Source: an uncultured delta proteobacterium | Lineage (GTDB): Bacteria > Myxococcota_A > Polyangia > Polyangiales > Polyangiaceae | Assembly: GCA_963696385.1 (NCBI GenBank) | Contig: CAVOKF010000007.1 | Location: 288,001 to 352,000, forward strand | Reading direction: 5' to 3' | Length of the DNA: 64,000 nt | Shown here: positions 18,845-30,147 of the stretch, in pieces | Layout: every line of letters starts with the position of its first letter | Numbering within the stretch: the first letter of the stretch is position 1 | Made by a program: the position numbers and the translations under genes | Notes under the pieces: generated by a model | The model's database searches: none | What the model saw: the letters and a program-made list of their open reading frames with translations, nothing else | Told to the model about the DNA's origin: nothing

Positions 18845-19720
18845 ATGAGGCTCGTCCGCACGGTCGTCGTCGCGTTTTTTTTTCTGATGGCGACCCTGCC
18901 TCTGGCTTGGTTGGCCTTGACCTCGGTCAAGACGTACGAGGACACGATCAGCGCGCACGCGAAGTTCGTGGCATGGCCGGGTGCGGGCAGTTCCAGCCCG
19001 AGCGACGCCGAGTCCGTTCGCTTTGCGCCCACGCTCGACGCCTACCGCAACCTGTCCAAGCCGTTCGCCGGAACGCCGAACGGCTTCTACTACTACCTCG
19101 GCAACAGCATCATCATCGGCATTCTCTCGACTCTGGCGGCTGTGTGTCTCGGGACCCTCTGCGCTTACGGATTTTCACGCTTTCGCATTCCCGCCAGCAA
19201 AGACTGGCTGTTCTTCATCCTGTCGACACGCTTTTTGCCGCCGCTCGCGGTGGTGGTGCCGGTGCTCGTCATGTACCGCTGGTTTTCCCTCGAGAACACG
19301 CACCTCGGACTCGTTTTGCTGTATACGAGCTTCAACCTGTCGCTCGCGGTGTGGCTCATGAAGGGATTCGTCGACGAGATTCCGCGGGCCTTCGAGGAGG
19401 CCGCCCTGGTGGATGGGTACTCACGACTGCGGACGTTCGTGCGCATCATCGTCCCTCAGGCGTCGACGGGGATGGCGGTGACGGGCGTGTTCTGCCTGAT
19501 TTCGTCGTGGAACGAGTTCGGTTTCGCGATGACGCTCAACAACACCGAAGCCAGGACCGTGCCGGTCTACTTTGCCGGCTTGCAAGGCAACATCGAAGGC
19601 GTTCCGTGGCCCCAGATCGCGGCGGGAATGATGATTTTCGTGGCGCCCATCGTGGTGTTTACGATACTGGTGCGCCGCCACCTGTTGCGCGGGGTGACGT
19701 TTGGGACCATCAAACAGTAG
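18845..19720 (+). CDS. Carbohydrate ABC transporter permease
   Basis: FEEAALVDG EAA loop, SWNEF, LLRGVTFG; ATG 18845 within ORF 18485..19720. Confidence 0.93.
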   Translation: MRLVRTVVVAFFFLMATLPLAWLALTSVKTYEDTISAHAKFVAWPGAGSSSPSDAESVRFAPTLDAYRNLSKPFAGTPNGFYYYLGNSIIIGILSTLAAVCLGTLCAYGFSRFRIPASKDWLFFILSTRFLPPLAVVVPVLVMYRWFSLENTHLGLVLLYTSFNLSLAVWLMKGFVDEIPRAFEEAALVDGYSRLRTFVRIIVPQASTGMAVTGVFCLISSWNEFGFAMTLNNTEARTVPVYFAGLQGNIEGVPWPQIAAGMMIFVAPIVVFTILVRRHLLRGVTFGTIKQ

Positions 19721-19739
19721 GCGCGGGGACCGAATCATC

Positions 19740-19952
19740 GTGGGTCTCGATCGTGCGGCGATCGGCGGACTGGCGTCCGGCCTTGCGATGTACGTGATGC
19801 CGCTTTGGCGCGAGGGACGTCTCCGCTGGGCGTTCTGGTTGACGCTGGTTTCTACCCTGCTGCACGTTTACACTTCCCACAGGCGGGGCAAGGTGGAAAC
19901 GTCCCGCCTGTCGGTGGCGAGCGCCGCGGAGCAGCCGGGTGCCGGGGCATGA
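19740..19952 (+). CDS. Small membrane protein within the ABC operon
   Basis: Fills the gap between permease and ATPase; two hydrophobic segments (GGLASGLAMYVMPLW, WAFWLTLVSTLLHVY). Confidence 0.55.
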   Translation: MGLDRAAIGGLASGLAMYVMPLWREGRLRWAFWLTLVSTLLHVYTSHRRGKVETSRLSVASAAEQPGAGA

Positions 19953-19989
19953 CGAGCCACCTCCGGACGACCGAACGACAGGGACGCCC

Positions 19990-21054
19990 GTGAGCTTTCT
20001 CGCCCTCGAACGCCTTCACAAGAGGTACGGCGACGGAACGCACGCCGTCCGCGGAATCGATCTGTCCGTCGAAAAGGGCGAGCTCATCGTGTTGCTGGGG
20101 CCTTCGGGGTGCGGAAAGACGACCACCTTGCGCATGGTTGCCGGGCTGGAGCTCGCCACAGGCGGAACCATCCGCTTGGACGGCAACGACGTCACCGAGC
20201 TGCGTCCGTCGCGACGCGACGTGGGGATGGTGTTCCAGTTCTACGCCCTGTATCCGCACCTCACCGTGCGCGACAACATCGCGTTTCCACTGCGCGCGGC
20301 GGGAGTGTCGCCGTCCGAGATACGGCGCCGCGTCGAAGCGGTCGCCAGGCGCATGGATCTCGGCAAGCGGCTCTCCAGCTATCCGAGACAGCTCTCCGGC
20401 GGCGATCAGCAGAAGGTGTCGCTCGCCCGCGCCATCGTCCGGCGACCGGCCCTCTACTTGATGGACGAGCCGCTCGGGACGCTCGACGCCGACCAGAGAC
20501 TCGTCATGCGGGAGCTCATTCGTGCCGAACAAATGGCATCGAAGGTCACGACCCTCTACGTGACCCACGACCAGGAAGAGGCGATGAGCCTTGCGGACCG
20601 AATCGTGGTGATGGACGGGGGGCGCATTCGTCAAGTCGGTACGCCGGCCGACGTCTACGATCGGCCCGCCGACCTGTTCGTGGCGGCGTTCGTCGGAAGT
20701 CCGAGCATGAACTTCATTTCAGGCCAGGTGGAAGGCGGTCCCGGCAAGGCGACGTTCGTGTCCCAGTCGGGACAGGTACACATCGACCTTCCCCTCGTCG
20801 AGCCGTGTGGACACGCCCTCTTGGGCATTCGTTGCGAGCACGTTTACGAGGCGCCCGACGGCCCCATGGTCGGCAACGTTCTGACCGAAGAGTATCTGGG
20901 GAACGCAAGTCACGTCCACGTGCAGACGGATGTGGGGCGGCTCATCCTGCGCGCCGCCCAGGGGCCTATGCGCCCGCGGGGCTCCGAAATGCGGCTGCGG
21001 CTGGATCCGGCGCAGATCTCGGTGTTCGACGCGGCAACGGAGAAGCGTCTGTGA
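19990..21054 (+). CDS. Sugar ABC transporter ATP-binding protein
   Basis: [29 protein letters not shown]. Confidence 0.95.
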   Translation: MSFLALERLHKRYGDGTHAVRGIDLSVEKGELIVLLGPSGCGKTTTLRMVAGLELATGGTIRLDGNDVTELRPSRRDVGMVFQFYALYPHLTVRDNIAFPLRAAGVSPSEIRRRVEAVARRMDLGKRLSSYPRQLSGGDQQKVSLARAIVRRPALYLMDEPLGTLDADQRLVMRELIRAEQMASKVTTLYVTHDQEEAMSLADRIVVMDGGRIRQVGTPADVYDRPADLFVAAFVGSPSMNFISGQVEGGPGKATFVSQSGQVHIDLPLVEPCGHALLGIRCEHVYEAPDGPMVGNVLTEEYLGNASHVHVQTDVGRLILRAAQGPMRPRGSEMRLRLDPAQISVFDAATEKRL

Positions 21055-22292
21055 GGTCCGGGGCTCTCGCGGGTGCGAGCGGATCGGCGGACGCCGGCGT
21101 GGCCGGGACATCGGCGGCTGCCGCGCCCGCGCCCGCCTCGCCGTTTCTAACCGTTTGCGGCCTGTCGAAGCGCTTCGGGCGCACCCAGGCGTTGGTCGAC
21201 GTCCACCTGGAGGCGCGCGCCGACGAACTGCTCGTCGTGCTCGGTCCGACCGGCGCGGGAAAGACGACGTTGCTCCGAGCCATCGCGGGGCTGGAGGCGC
21301 CCGAGGCCGGATCGATCCTCATGGCGGGGAAGGATGTCACGGCCCTGGCTCCGGCCGAGCGGGACGTGGCGCTGGTGTTCCAGAATTTCTCGCTTTACCC
21401 CCGGTGGACCGTCCGCCGAAACCTCGAGTTTCCGCTGCGGGCTCCCGGCCGGCGCGTGGCCGAGGCGGAAATTCAACGCCGCGTCGGCTGGGCCGCGGAT
21501 CTACTCGAGATCACGCGCCTTCTCGATCGGGAGGCGTCGCGGCTGTCGGGGGGCGAGATGCAGCGGGTGGCGATCGGCCGTGCGATCGTGCGCCGTCCCC
21601 GTCTGTTCTTGATGGACGAGCCGCTCACCAACCTGGACGCGAAGTTGCGCGAAGCCTTGCGCGTGGAACTGGTCGAACTGCGGCGGGAGCTACGGACGCC
21701 GATGGTCTTCGTCACCCACGACCAGGCCGAGGCCCTGTCGATGGCCGATCGAATCGTCGTGCTGTCCGAAGGACGCATGCTTCAGACCGGCACACCGCGC
21801 GAAATTTACGAACGGCCCGTCTCGCCCGTCGTGGCGCTGCAGCTGGGTCAGCCCGCCATCAATCTGATCCGGGTGCGTCGTGTCGAGGGCCATTGGGTGG
21901 CCGCCGACGGGACTTCGCTCATGCCCGCCGAATCCGCCGTAGACGGCGAGCGGCTGCTCGGCATTCGCCCCGAGAACATCGCCGTGGGCGGGTCCGAGAC
22001 CGGCGGCCCGGGTGCGCCCGGTCCGCGCGATGCCGTGGTCGAAATCGTCGAGTACGTCGGCCCGAGCACCACGCTCTTGTGCGCTTGGGCGGGCGCTCGT
22101 ATTCACATCGTCGTCCCGCGCCGCGGTGCGATTCGCCCCGGCGATCGCGTCATCCCGCGCATCGACGCGGCCCGAGCGGTGCTCTTCGACGTCGCTTCCG
22201 AACCGACTCACCGTCGCTCGCAGGGGGAGCCCCGGTCGCCGCCTTCGCCGCCCACGTTGCCCGTACTCCCGTCGAAAGGAGATTTCGCATGA
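21051..22292 (+). CDS. Sugar ABC transporter ATP-binding protein (second)
   Basis: [30 protein letters not shown] overlap with the previous stop. Confidence 0.93.
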   Translation: MRSGALAGASGSADAGVAGTSAAAAPAPASPFLTVCGLSKRFGRTQALVDVHLEARADELLVVLGPTGAGKTTLLRAIAGLEAPEAGSILMAGKDVTALAPAERDVALVFQNFSLYPRWTVRRNLEFPLRAPGRRVAEAEIQRRVGWAADLLEITRLLDREASRLSGGEMQRVAIGRAIVRRPRLFLMDEPLTNLDAKLREALRVELVELRRELRTPMVFVTHDQAEALSMADRIVVLSEGRMLQTGTPREIYERPVSPVVALQLGQPAINLIRVRRVEGHWVAADGTSLMPAESAVDGERLLGIRPENIAVGGSETGGPGAPGPRDAVVEIVEYVGPSTTLLCAWAGARIHIVVPRRGAIRPGDRVIPRIDAARAVLFDVASEPTHRRSQGEPRSPPSPPTLPVLPSKGDFA

Positions 22293-23530
22293 ATGCACGA
22301 GCCTTTCAACCACAGTTCATGAAGATGAGCGTGCTCACGGCCGCGCTCCAGGAGCTCACGCCGCGCGCCGTGCGCGACGCGGACCCCGACAAGGCCATCG
22401 AGGACTGGTTGGATTTTGCGCGCGAGATGGATTGTCCCAATATCCAGATCTCGGCGGCCCTTCATCCCTCCGAGGCCGACGTCCCACCGGAAGCCATGCT
22501 GGATCCGGTGGCCAACACGCTCGATTTGCGCAAGCCGTTCGACAAGGCCCGCGCGAAGCGCGTCCTCGCCGCCATGGACGCGACCGGCGTCGGCGTCACG
22601 GACATCGCCTTCTTCGACAACTTGCTCCATGACGACAACGATTTGCGGAAGAAAAAGCACGATTTCGTCCTGCGCATGCTCGACGCCGCCGCCGCTCTCG
22701 GGCTCAAAGCGGTCTGCGGCTTCATCGGCCGCAACCAGAAGCTGTCGATGGACGGCAACCTGCTTTTCTTCGAGGAGGTATTCATCCCGTTGCTCAAGCA
22801 GGCGAAGGCGCGCGGCATCGAGTATCGAGTCGAACAGTGCCCGATGCCGGGCTGGACCATCGGCGACTCGTTTCACAACAATATCGGTTACACGCCCGCC
22901 TTGTGGATTGCTTTGCACAGGATTTGCGCAAAGCACGGCGTCGGCGACCAACTCCGCGTCCACTACGATCCTTCGCACGCGATCCTCATGGGTCAGGACA
23001 CGCGGTCGATTTTTCAGTACCTGAAAGACAGCGGGTACGATTTCATCGTCGGCGGCTTTCACGTCAAAGGGCAAGTCATCGATCCGAAGGGCGTCGCCGC
23101 CTGGGGCTACGGCGGGCAGACCGTCGAGCGGGGAGACTGGAAGGGGGGCCAGCCCTCGTCGAATCCGGCGGATCACGGCAATGCGTGGAAGAAGCAAACC
23201 GTGCTGTGCGAACACGAGCTTCCCGGGACGGCCAAGCACGACCCGCTCGGCTACTTGCAGAACCGCACCGTCGATTGGCTGGATCACCAGCTGGCCGCAC
23301 GCGAATTGCTGAAGCTCGACATCGCGAACACGGCGCTCGTCATCGAGCACGAATACCCTCGCGCCCGCATCCAGGACAAGGCGCGCCTGAAGCCGATTCT
23401 GCAGGGGTCGATCGCGTTTGCGCGCAAGATCGACGAGGCCGCCGCCTGCATGTTTGCACTTCACCACGAGGTGCTTCCCGCGCAAAACATTCCGGTTCAG
23501 GGGCGCGGGCGCGTTCCGTACTGGACCTAA
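22289..23530 (+). CDS. Sugar phosphate isomerase/epimerase (AP-endonuclease-2 TIM barrel) family protein
   Basis: [40 protein letters not shown] overlap. Confidence 0.88.
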   Translation: MNARAFQPQFMKMSVLTAALQELTPRAVRDADPDKAIEDWLDFAREMDCPNIQISAALHPSEADVPPEAMLDPVANTLDLRKPFDKARAKRVLAAMDATGVGVTDIAFFDNLLHDDNDLRKKKHDFVLRMLDAAAALGLKAVCGFIGRNQKLSMDGNLLFFEEVFIPLLKQAKARGIEYRVEQCPMPGWTIGDSFHNNIGYTPALWIALHRICAKHGVGDQLRVHYDPSHAILMGQDTRSIFQYLKDSGYDFIVGGFHVKGQVIDPKGVAAWGYGGQTVERGDWKGGQPSSNPADHGNAWKKQTVLCEHELPGTAKHDPLGYLQNRTVDWLDHQLAARELLKLDIANTALVIEHEYPRARIQDKARLKPILQGSIAFARKIDEAAACMFALHHEVLPAQNIPVQGRGRVPYWT

Positions 23531-23547
23531 CGAATAGGAGCCGGCTC

Positions 23548-24690
23548 ATGACGAAGCGAAAACTCAACGTCGCATTGATCGGTTACGACTTCATGGGCCG
23601 CGTGCATTCGAACGCCTGGCGCCAGGTCGCCCACTTCTTCAAGGACGTGCCCTTCGAGCCCGTGCTCAAGGTGGTGGTCGGACGAACCGAAGCCAAAGTG
23701 GTCGAGGCTCGCGACCGCCTGGGGTTCGAGCAATGCGCCACACGCTGGCAGAACGTGATGGATCGCCGGGACATCGACGTCGTCGACATCTGCACGCCGG
23801 GAGACGCTCATGCCGAGATTGCCGTCGCCGCGGCCAAGGCGCGAAAGGCGATTCTGTGCGAAAAGCCATTGGCCAATAGCGTCGCCGACGCCGAGAGGAT
23901 GCTCGCCGCCGTCAACGAGGCCGGCGTCGTCCACATGCTGTGCCACAACTACCGCCGTTGCCCTGCGGTGGTGTTGGCCAAGCAGATCCTCGACGAGGGA
24001 CAGATCGGCGAGATCCACCATTACCGCGGAGTGTATCTTCAGGACTGGGTCGTCGACCCCACCTTCCCGCTCGTCTGGCGCTTGGACAAATCCCGAGCCG
24101 GCTCCGGGTCGCTCGGCGACCTCGTGTCGCATACGCTCGACCTGTCGCGCTATCTGGTCGGCGAACCCATCGAGGTGTCCGGCTTGACGAAGACGTTCGT
24201 GCCCGAGCGGCCGCTGCCGGATGACCCCGCCCAACGGGGCAAGGTCACCGTCGACGACTCGGCGCAGGCCCTCGTGAAGTTCGCGAACGGGGCCGTCGGC
24301 TACTACGAGGGGACGCGGTTCGCGCCCGGCCGAAAAAACTACAATCGCTTCGAGATCAACGGATCCAAAGGAAGCGTCGCTTGGGATCTGGAACGGATGA
24401 ACGAACTCGACGTCTACATCGAGCAGGGCCCGCTCAGCGGCTTTCGCACGATCTCGGTGACGAACGCCAAGCACCCCTACATTTCCGCGTGGTGGCCGCC
24501 CGGCCACATCCTTGGCTTCGAGCACTCCTTCATCCATACGGTCTACGATTTCATCCGCGCGATCGCGGACGGAAAGCCACCGCGGCCGAACTTCGAGGAC
24601 GGCCTTCAAAATCAACGCGTTCTCGACGCCATCGAACGATCGGCGACCACCGGGCAATGGCAGAAGATCGCCGAAAGGACACTCGGATGA
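23548..24690 (+). CDS. Gfo/Idh/MocA family NAD-dependent oxidoreductase
   Basis: [48 protein letters not shown]. Confidence 0.93.
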   Translation: MTKRKLNVALIGYDFMGRVHSNAWRQVAHFFKDVPFEPVLKVVVGRTEAKVVEARDRLGFEQCATRWQNVMDRRDIDVVDICTPGDAHAEIAVAAAKARKAILCEKPLANSVADAERMLAAVNEAGVVHMLCHNYRRCPAVVLAKQILDEGQIGEIHHYRGVYLQDWVVDPTFPLVWRLDKSRAGSGSLGDLVSHTLDLSRYLVGEPIEVSGLTKTFVPERPLPDDPAQRGKVTVDDSAQALVKFANGAVGYYEGTRFAPGRKNYNRFEINGSKGSVAWDLERMNELDVYIEQGPLSGFRTISVTNAKHPYISAWWPPGHILGFEHSFIHTVYDFIRAIADGKPPRPNFEDGLQNQRVLDAIERSATTGQWQKIAERTLG

Positions 24691-26012
24691 CGATTCGAAT
24701 GAAATCGACCCTGGCGGCCACGGGCCTGGGCCTGGCGACGATCCTCTTCGGGACAGCCCCGGCCCGCGCGGACATCCCGTTGGGCGAATACGCCGGCTGG
24801 CACCTGAGCACCGATGGTCGCGTGAACCTCTTCATCAGCGTGGCGGAAGGCAACGGGGAACCCACGCAGGAACCCGATCTTCTGGGCGCGGGCACGGAAG
24901 ACACGTCGACCGCGGACAATGGGCTGCATTCCACGCGAATCCGGAACGGCTTTTTCATGAGCGTCCTGGGTTTCACCGGGTACAAGGAGATCAGCCAAGA
25001 CTTCAAAGTGACCGCGCGGATCGGGATATGGATGAACGCTTCGGGCACCCGCACCCAGAACTTCGCCGGGGAGGTCGATCCCCGAGAGCTGTACGCCAAA
25101 ATCGAGGGCCGCTGGGGCAGTGTGACGGCCGGGAGCGACTTCGAGATTTTTGCCAAAGGAGGGATGCTGGTCGACATGAAGATCGCGCACGAGTACGGGC
25201 TCGGGTATCCGTGCAGCATCCTGGATGCGTCGGGCGGCGCATGCGGGATGGTGGGATTCGGTGCGCCCTTTCCGGGGTGGAACCCCGGCTTCGTCTATGC
25301 GACGCCGAGCCTGGCCGGCTTCCAGCTCTCCCTCGGAGTCTACGATCCGGCAACCGTCGACAACGCCGCTCTGGATCGGGCGCCTTTGCCCCGGTTCGAC
25401 GGCGAACTGAAGTACGACTACAAAGACGCCATTCACGTATTCGGCAGTGGTTTTTGGCAGGTACTGCAAGGTACCTATCAGAATACGGCCAACGGGGGGG
25501 AGACGGACGTCAGTGTCAATGGGTGGGGCGTTCAGGCCGGCGCGATGGTGTCGCTCGGCCCGATCATGCTGGGAGGTGCCGCGTACGAGGGGGCCGGCAT
25601 CGACCCGATCTCCGCCCTGGACGACAGCTCGCTGACCGCGGATTCCTCCGGCGTTCTGCGCGATTCCCGCGGAGCGTTCGGGTTGGGAGCGGTTTTGATC
25701 GACCCCTTGAGATTGAAGATCGCCGGCGGCATGGGGGTGTTCCATCTCGACAAGAACAAGGACGACGCGGGCTTCATGGCCAGCAATGGATCGCCCACGA
25801 ATCCCTCGTTGGTCGAGCAGAATCTGGGATGGACCGTGGGGCTCTACCAGACGACGGCGCCCATCCACTTCGCTCTCGAATACTTTCGCGCGCAATCCAC
25901 CTGGTACCCTTACGGTGTGCCGAGCACCACCAATCCGATGCAGACGATCGGCGAAGTGATTCCGCAGCAGACCATCAACTTCATCAACGCCGGCATGACG
26001 GTCGCATGGTGA
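24687..26012 (+). CDS. Outer-membrane porin
   Basis: Signal peptide ending ARA; amphipathic strands ([19 protein letters not shown]); terminal Trp. Confidence 0.75.
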   Translation: MTIRMKSTLAATGLGLATILFGTAPARADIPLGEYAGWHLSTDGRVNLFISVAEGNGEPTQEPDLLGAGTEDTSTADNGLHSTRIRNGFFMSVLGFTGYKEISQDFKVTARIGIWMNASGTRTQNFAGEVDPRELYAKIEGRWGSVTAGSDFEIFAKGGMLVDMKIAHEYGLGYPCSILDASGGACGMVGFGAPFPGWNPGFVYATPSLAGFQLSLGVYDPATVDNAALDRAPLPRFDGELKYDYKDAIHVFGSGFWQVLQGTYQNTANGGETDVSVNGWGVQAGAMVSLGPIMLGGAAYEGAGIDPISALDDSSLTADSSGVLRDSRGAFGLGAVLIDPLRLKIAGGMGVFHLDKNKDDAGFMASNGSPTNPSLVEQNLGWTVGLYQTTAPIHFALEYFRAQSTWYPYGVPSTTNPMQTIGEVIPQQTINFINAGMTVAW

Positions 26013-26105
26013 GAGGGGCGGGCTCGGGAGTTGCCGCGCCTCGGTGGCCACTCGGCGCGGGCGCCGCGGCTCGAGCCTCGGGCAAAAACTCGCCGTGAGG
26101 AACGG

Positions 26106-27431
26106 ATGTCGCCAGGAACGAGATCGAGGCTGGCAGCCGCCGGCCTGGCTCTGGCGATGGGGATTCTCGGACCGATCCGATCGGACGCCGAGATCCCGCT
26201 CGGGCAAGCTGCGGGCTGGCACTTCAGCACCGACGGTCGCGTCAATGCCTTCCTCAGCGTGGCGGCGGGCACCGGGCTTCCAGCTCAGGAGCAGGCCGTT
26301 CTGGGGGCAGGAACGGCCGACACCCCGACCTCCATGAATGGGCTGACCGCAACGCGAATCCGCAACGGATTGCTCACGAGCATTCTCGGCTTCACGGGAA
26401 CCAAGGAAGTCAGCCCGAACTTCAAAGTGACGGCACGGATCGCGCTGTGGATGAACATCTCCGGCAGTCGCACGCAGAACGTCGCCGGGGACGTGGATCC
26501 CAGAGAGGTGTATGCCAAGATCGAAGGCCGGTGGGGCAGTCTGCTGGCCGGCAGCGACAACGACCTGTCTCGAGGAGGAACGCTGGTCGACATGCGAATC
26601 GCCCATGAATACGGCCTCGGATATCCGTGCGCGACCCGGGATGCGTCGGGCACCGGGTGCGGCATGGTGGGTTTCGGCGCGCCCTTTCCGTGGTTCGATC
26701 CCGGCTTCGTCTATTCGACGCCCGATCTGAGGGGCCTGCAGCTTTCCCTTGGAATCTACGATCCCGCGACGGTCGACAACGGCAAGCTGGATCGCACCCC
26801 TCTGCCCCGAGTCGAGGGGGAAGCGAATTTCGACTTCCGTGAGAGGATCCACGTATTTGCCAGTGGCTTTTGGCAAGTGATGGAAGGAACCGTCCAAGAA
26901 GTGGATGCGGCCGGGATGCAGGTGGCGGAGGATCTTCACACCAACGCCTGGGGCGCTCAGGCCGGCGGGATGGTGACCTTTGGGCCCATCCAGCTGGGAG
27001 GCGCCGCATGCGGGGGGACCGGTTACAGCCCGCTCGCCGCTCAGAGTGCACTGACCGCCGACACCCATGGAGTGTTGCGCCATTCGCGGGGCGCTTTTGG
27101 GCTGGGAGCCGTGTCGATCGACGCCTTGAGGCTGAAAGTGGCGGGCGGTCTGGGGGTCTGGCACCTCGACAAGAACAAGGACGAGGTGGGCACCATGAGC
27201 TCCACCGGAGCCCCCACGAACCCCCAGCTGCTCGAACAGAACTTCGGGTGGACCGTGGGCCTGTACCAGACGACCGGTCCCGTGCACTTCGCCCTCGAGT
27301 ACTTCCGCGCGGACTCGACGTGGTACCCTTTGGGCGTGGCGAGTGCGACCGATCCGATGGTCACGGTCGGCGTCTTGACTCCCCATCAGGCGGTGAACTT
27401 CGCCAACGCCGGCCTGACTGTCGTGTGGTGA
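26106..27431 (+). CDS. Outer-membrane porin (tandem paralog)
   Basis: Colinear with the previous gene ([36 protein letters not shown]); terminal Trp. Confidence 0.75.
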   Translation: MSPGTRSRLAAAGLALAMGILGPIRSDAEIPLGQAAGWHFSTDGRVNAFLSVAAGTGLPAQEQAVLGAGTADTPTSMNGLTATRIRNGLLTSILGFTGTKEVSPNFKVTARIALWMNISGSRTQNVAGDVDPREVYAKIEGRWGSLLAGSDNDLSRGGTLVDMRIAHEYGLGYPCATRDASGTGCGMVGFGAPFPWFDPGFVYSTPDLRGLQLSLGIYDPATVDNGKLDRTPLPRVEGEANFDFRERIHVFASGFWQVMEGTVQEVDAAGMQVAEDLHTNAWGAQAGGMVTFGPIQLGGAACGGTGYSPLAAQSALTADTHGVLRHSRGAFGLGAVSIDALRLKVAGGLGVWHLDKNKDEVGTMSSTGAPTNPQLLEQNFGWTVGLYQTTGPVHFALEYFRADSTWYPLGVASATDPMVTVGVLTPHQAVNFANAGLTVVW

Positions 27432-27442
27432 TCGTCCACGGC

Positions 27443-29137
27443 ATGAAGCTTCGGGTTTCGATCCATCTCGGGCTCTTGCCTCGCGCGGCGTTCGCGATCC
27501 TTGCCGTGGCAGCCGTGGCGCTCGGCGGGTGCAGGACGAAATCCGCCCACGGCGGCACCGATCGGGGGGCCGCCCTTCCGGACCCGGACGGCGGCGGAGA
27601 ACTGGTCGCGATTTCCGTCCCCGAGGGTGGAGCCGGTGCTCATGCCGCCGCCCCGATCCTGCACGCGGTCGCGCTCATCACGCCGGTGATGAACATCCCC
27701 GAGTGGGCGCCGCACGATGGGTCGAGGGCGAGCGACGAGCGCAAGGGCGCCGTGCGCCTGGGCTATCTCCGCAAAGGCGACAGGGTCGCGGTCAAGCCGC
27801 AGATGGTGAGAAAGCCGAACTGCCCGGAGGGCTGGTACGAGCTGCTGGCCCCGCCGGGGAGCCCTGCGGGGACCACGGGCGGGTTCGTGTGCGGCAAGCA
27901 CGCCACCCTCGATCCCGACGACAAGGAGCTCGCCAGCTCGCCACGCGCGCCGAACATGACCGGACCCTTGCCGTACGACTACGGACTGAACCTCGTCGAC
28001 GGCGCCCCCCTGTACCGACGCCCACCGCTGCGCCGGGAGCGCAAGCAGTACGAAAGCGGACTCGCTGTGGGGCGCGCGTACCGCAAGAAGGACGGAGACG
28101 ACGGTGCCGCCGCGCCCGAAGCCACGGGTTCGCACGACGAGGACCCTTCGGCCTGGTACCTCGCGCACAAGGGCCGTTCGCAGATCTCGATGGACGATTT
28201 GAAGGGCGAGACGTCCCTCATCGTGCAGCGCATGGTCAAGGGCTTCTACCTGGGGCTCGACAAGGAGGTCCACGCCTTCTCCGGCACCTTCTGGCGGACG
28301 ACGCGCGGCATGTTCGTGCCGAAGGAGCACGTCTTGGTGCACGACCCGAAGGTCGAGTTCGAGGGCGTGTGGCTCAACGCGCCGGGAGAGACGCGCCACC
28401 TGCCGCTCGGCTGGATCACCAACCCGCACCCTTGGAAGTACGCCCTCGACGACGACTCGAAGATGCACCGGCGCGAGCACGTCGACCGCTTCACCATCGT
28501 GCAGCTCACGGGCAAAAAGGGCACCTTCGAAGACAAGACGTACTGGGAAACGGCCGAAGGCTGGTGGATGCGTGCGATGGACGGCACGATGACGAACCCC
28601 GGCCCCCCGCCCAAGAGCCTCGCCTCCGGCGAGAGATGGATCGACGTGAACCTCGGGCTGCAGAGCCTCGTCGCGTTCGAGGGCGACAAACCGGTGTTTG
28701 CGACGATCGTCTCGACCGGCCGGCACAACGACGACCCCGTCCAGGACCATCGCACTCGCCCGGGCGAGTTCCGTGTTCGCGAGAAGCACATCTCGGCGAC
28801 GATGGACAACGACACCGCGACGGACGGGCCGTACTCGATCGAGGACGTCCCCTGGATCATGTACTTCGACGGGAGCACGGCGCTGCACGGCGCATTCTGG
28901 CACTCACGCTTCGGCCACGAGCGCAGCCACGGCTGCGTGAACATGACGCCGCACGATGCTCATGAGCTGTTCGGCTGGGTGGGCCCGAAGCTGCCGGAGG
29001 GCTGGCACGGCGTGCGCGCCACGGATGCGAATGCGGGGACACGCGTCGTCGTTCACGACAACGACAAGACCGCCGAGGAATCGAAAAAGGACGACGACGC
29101 CAAGGACCCGGGCGCGAAGGACGCATCGGCTCGGTAG
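27443..29137 (+). CDS. L,D-transpeptidase (YkuD) lipoprotein
   Basis: LGGC lipobox; WIDVNL..QSLVAFEG, VSTG, ALHGAFWH..FG..RSHGCVNM. Confidence 0.92.
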   Translation: MKLRVSIHLGLLPRAAFAILAVAAVALGGCRTKSAHGGTDRGAALPDPDGGGELVAISVPEGGAGAHAAAPILHAVALITPVMNIPEWAPHDGSRASDERKGAVRLGYLRKGDRVAVKPQMVRKPNCPEGWYELLAPPGSPAGTTGGFVCGKHATLDPDDKELASSPRAPNMTGPLPYDYGLNLVDGAPLYRRPPLRRERKQYESGLAVGRAYRKKDGDDGAAAPEATGSHDEDPSAWYLAHKGRSQISMDDLKGETSLIVQRMVKGFYLGLDKEVHAFSGTFWRTTRGMFVPKEHVLVHDPKVEFEGVWLNAPGETRHLPLGWITNPHPWKYALDDDSKMHRREHVDRFTIVQLTGKKGTFEDKTYWETAEGWWMRAMDGTMTNPGPPPKSLASGERWIDVNLGLQSLVAFEGDKPVFATIVSTGRHNDDPVQDHRTRPGEFRVREKHISATMDNDTATDGPYSIEDVPWIMYFDGSTALHGAFWHSRFGHERSHGCVNMTPHDAHELFGWVGPKLPEGWHGVRATDANAGTRVVVHDNDKTAEESKKDDDAKDPGAKDASAR

Positions 29138-29165
29138 GGGGCCGAGGCCGGGCTGCGCCCGTAGC

Positions 29166-29196
29166 GAAAAGAAAGCTGCCGCCTCTTTCGAGGCGG
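29166..29196 (-). terminator. Possible intrinsic terminator between convergent genes
   Basis: 7-bp stem ccgcctc/gaggcgg (29179-29196) followed on the minus strand by cagctttcttttc. Confidence 0.4.
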
Positions 29197-29229
29197 GCGC
29201 CGCGCGTCCCAGCGTTCAGCTCGTTGCTC

Positions 29230-29997
29230 TCACCGCTGCCGCGCCGCGACCTCCGCCTCGAAGGCCTCCGGGTCGCGCTGGTACCGAGCGATGGTCTCCG
29301 CGATGAAGGGGCTGGTGTACGCCTCGGGCTTGGGGTTCTCGATGACGGCGACGATGGCCTTGGCGGCCGCCCCGACGGGCTGCGCGCCAGGCAGGTTGCG
29401 GTTGTCCACACCGCCGCCGAGCGAGTTGCGGCCGAAGTCCGTCGCGACGACGCCGGGCAGCACCACCGTGACGTGGATGCCGGGATGCGTCGCGTAGAGC
29501 TCGACGCGAAGCGACGCGCTCAGCATGTTCATGGCGCTCTTGACCGCGCCGTAGGCCGCCCGCGCGGGGGCGAGCGGCGCACGCGAGAGGCCGCTCGAGA
29601 CGTTGACAATCTGACCCTCCTTGCGCGACTTGAAGTGCGGCAGCACGGCCTGGATACCGTAGAGGACGCTCTTCATGTTGTCGCGCCACATCGCGTCCAT
29701 GTCGTCGTCGGTGAGCTCGGCGACGGCACGCGAGATGCCGCGCCCGGCGTTGTTGACCCAGACATCGACGTGCCCGAAGCGGTCCAGGGCCGCGCTGCAC
29801 AAGCAATCGACGTCGCTGCGCTTCGTGACGTCCGTGACGACCGCGAGCGCGCCCTCGCCGATCTCCGCGGCGAGTGTGTCGAGCTCCGCCTTCCTGCGCG
29901 CCGCGAGGACGACCTTGGCGCCCCTGGCCGCGAGCTGCTTCGCGAGCTCGGCCCCAATGCCCGCGCTGGCGCCCGTGATGACGACGACCTTGTCCAT
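29230..29997 (-). CDS. Short-chain dehydrogenase/reductase
   Basis: TGASAGIG, NNAG, NVSS, YGAVK. Confidence 0.93.
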   Translation of the reverse strand: MDKVVVITGASAGIGAELAKQLAARGAKVVLAARRKAELDTLAAEIGEGALAVVTDVTKRSDVDCLCSAALDRFGHVDVWVNNAGRGISRAVAELTDDDMDAMWRDNMKSVLYGIQAVLPHFKSRKEGQIVNVSSGLSRAPLAPARAAYGAVKSAMNMLSASLRVELYATHPGIHVTVVLPGVVATDFGRNSLGGGVDNRNLPGAQPVGAAAKAIVAVIENPKPEAYTSPFIAETIARYQRDPEAFEAEVAARQR

Positions 29998-30147
29998 GCA
30001 GGACACGCTACCACTGGGGGTCGGCGAGCGTCACCGGGGGCTCGAACGGCCTCGAGAGCGGGTCGCTCACGAGGCTCGCCGCGCGGCAGCGCGCACTCGC
30101 TCGCTCGGGGGCGCGAACTGAAATGGGGAATCACCGACATCGGCTCG

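Noticed and set aside
20109..24690. Apparent giant fusion ORFs (727, 866 and 617 aa) in the sugar operon
   Set aside because: Their N-terminal extensions are off-frame read-through of upstream genes; true starts are at 21051, 22289 and 23548.
14346..28903. Very long antisense/alternative-frame ORFs (e.g. 14346..16493, 24612..27386, 27386..28903; also 48865..51948 and 6616..8370)
   Set aside because: They shadow well-supported genes, have Arg/Gly-rich non-protein-like composition and are expected from high GC3 codon bias.
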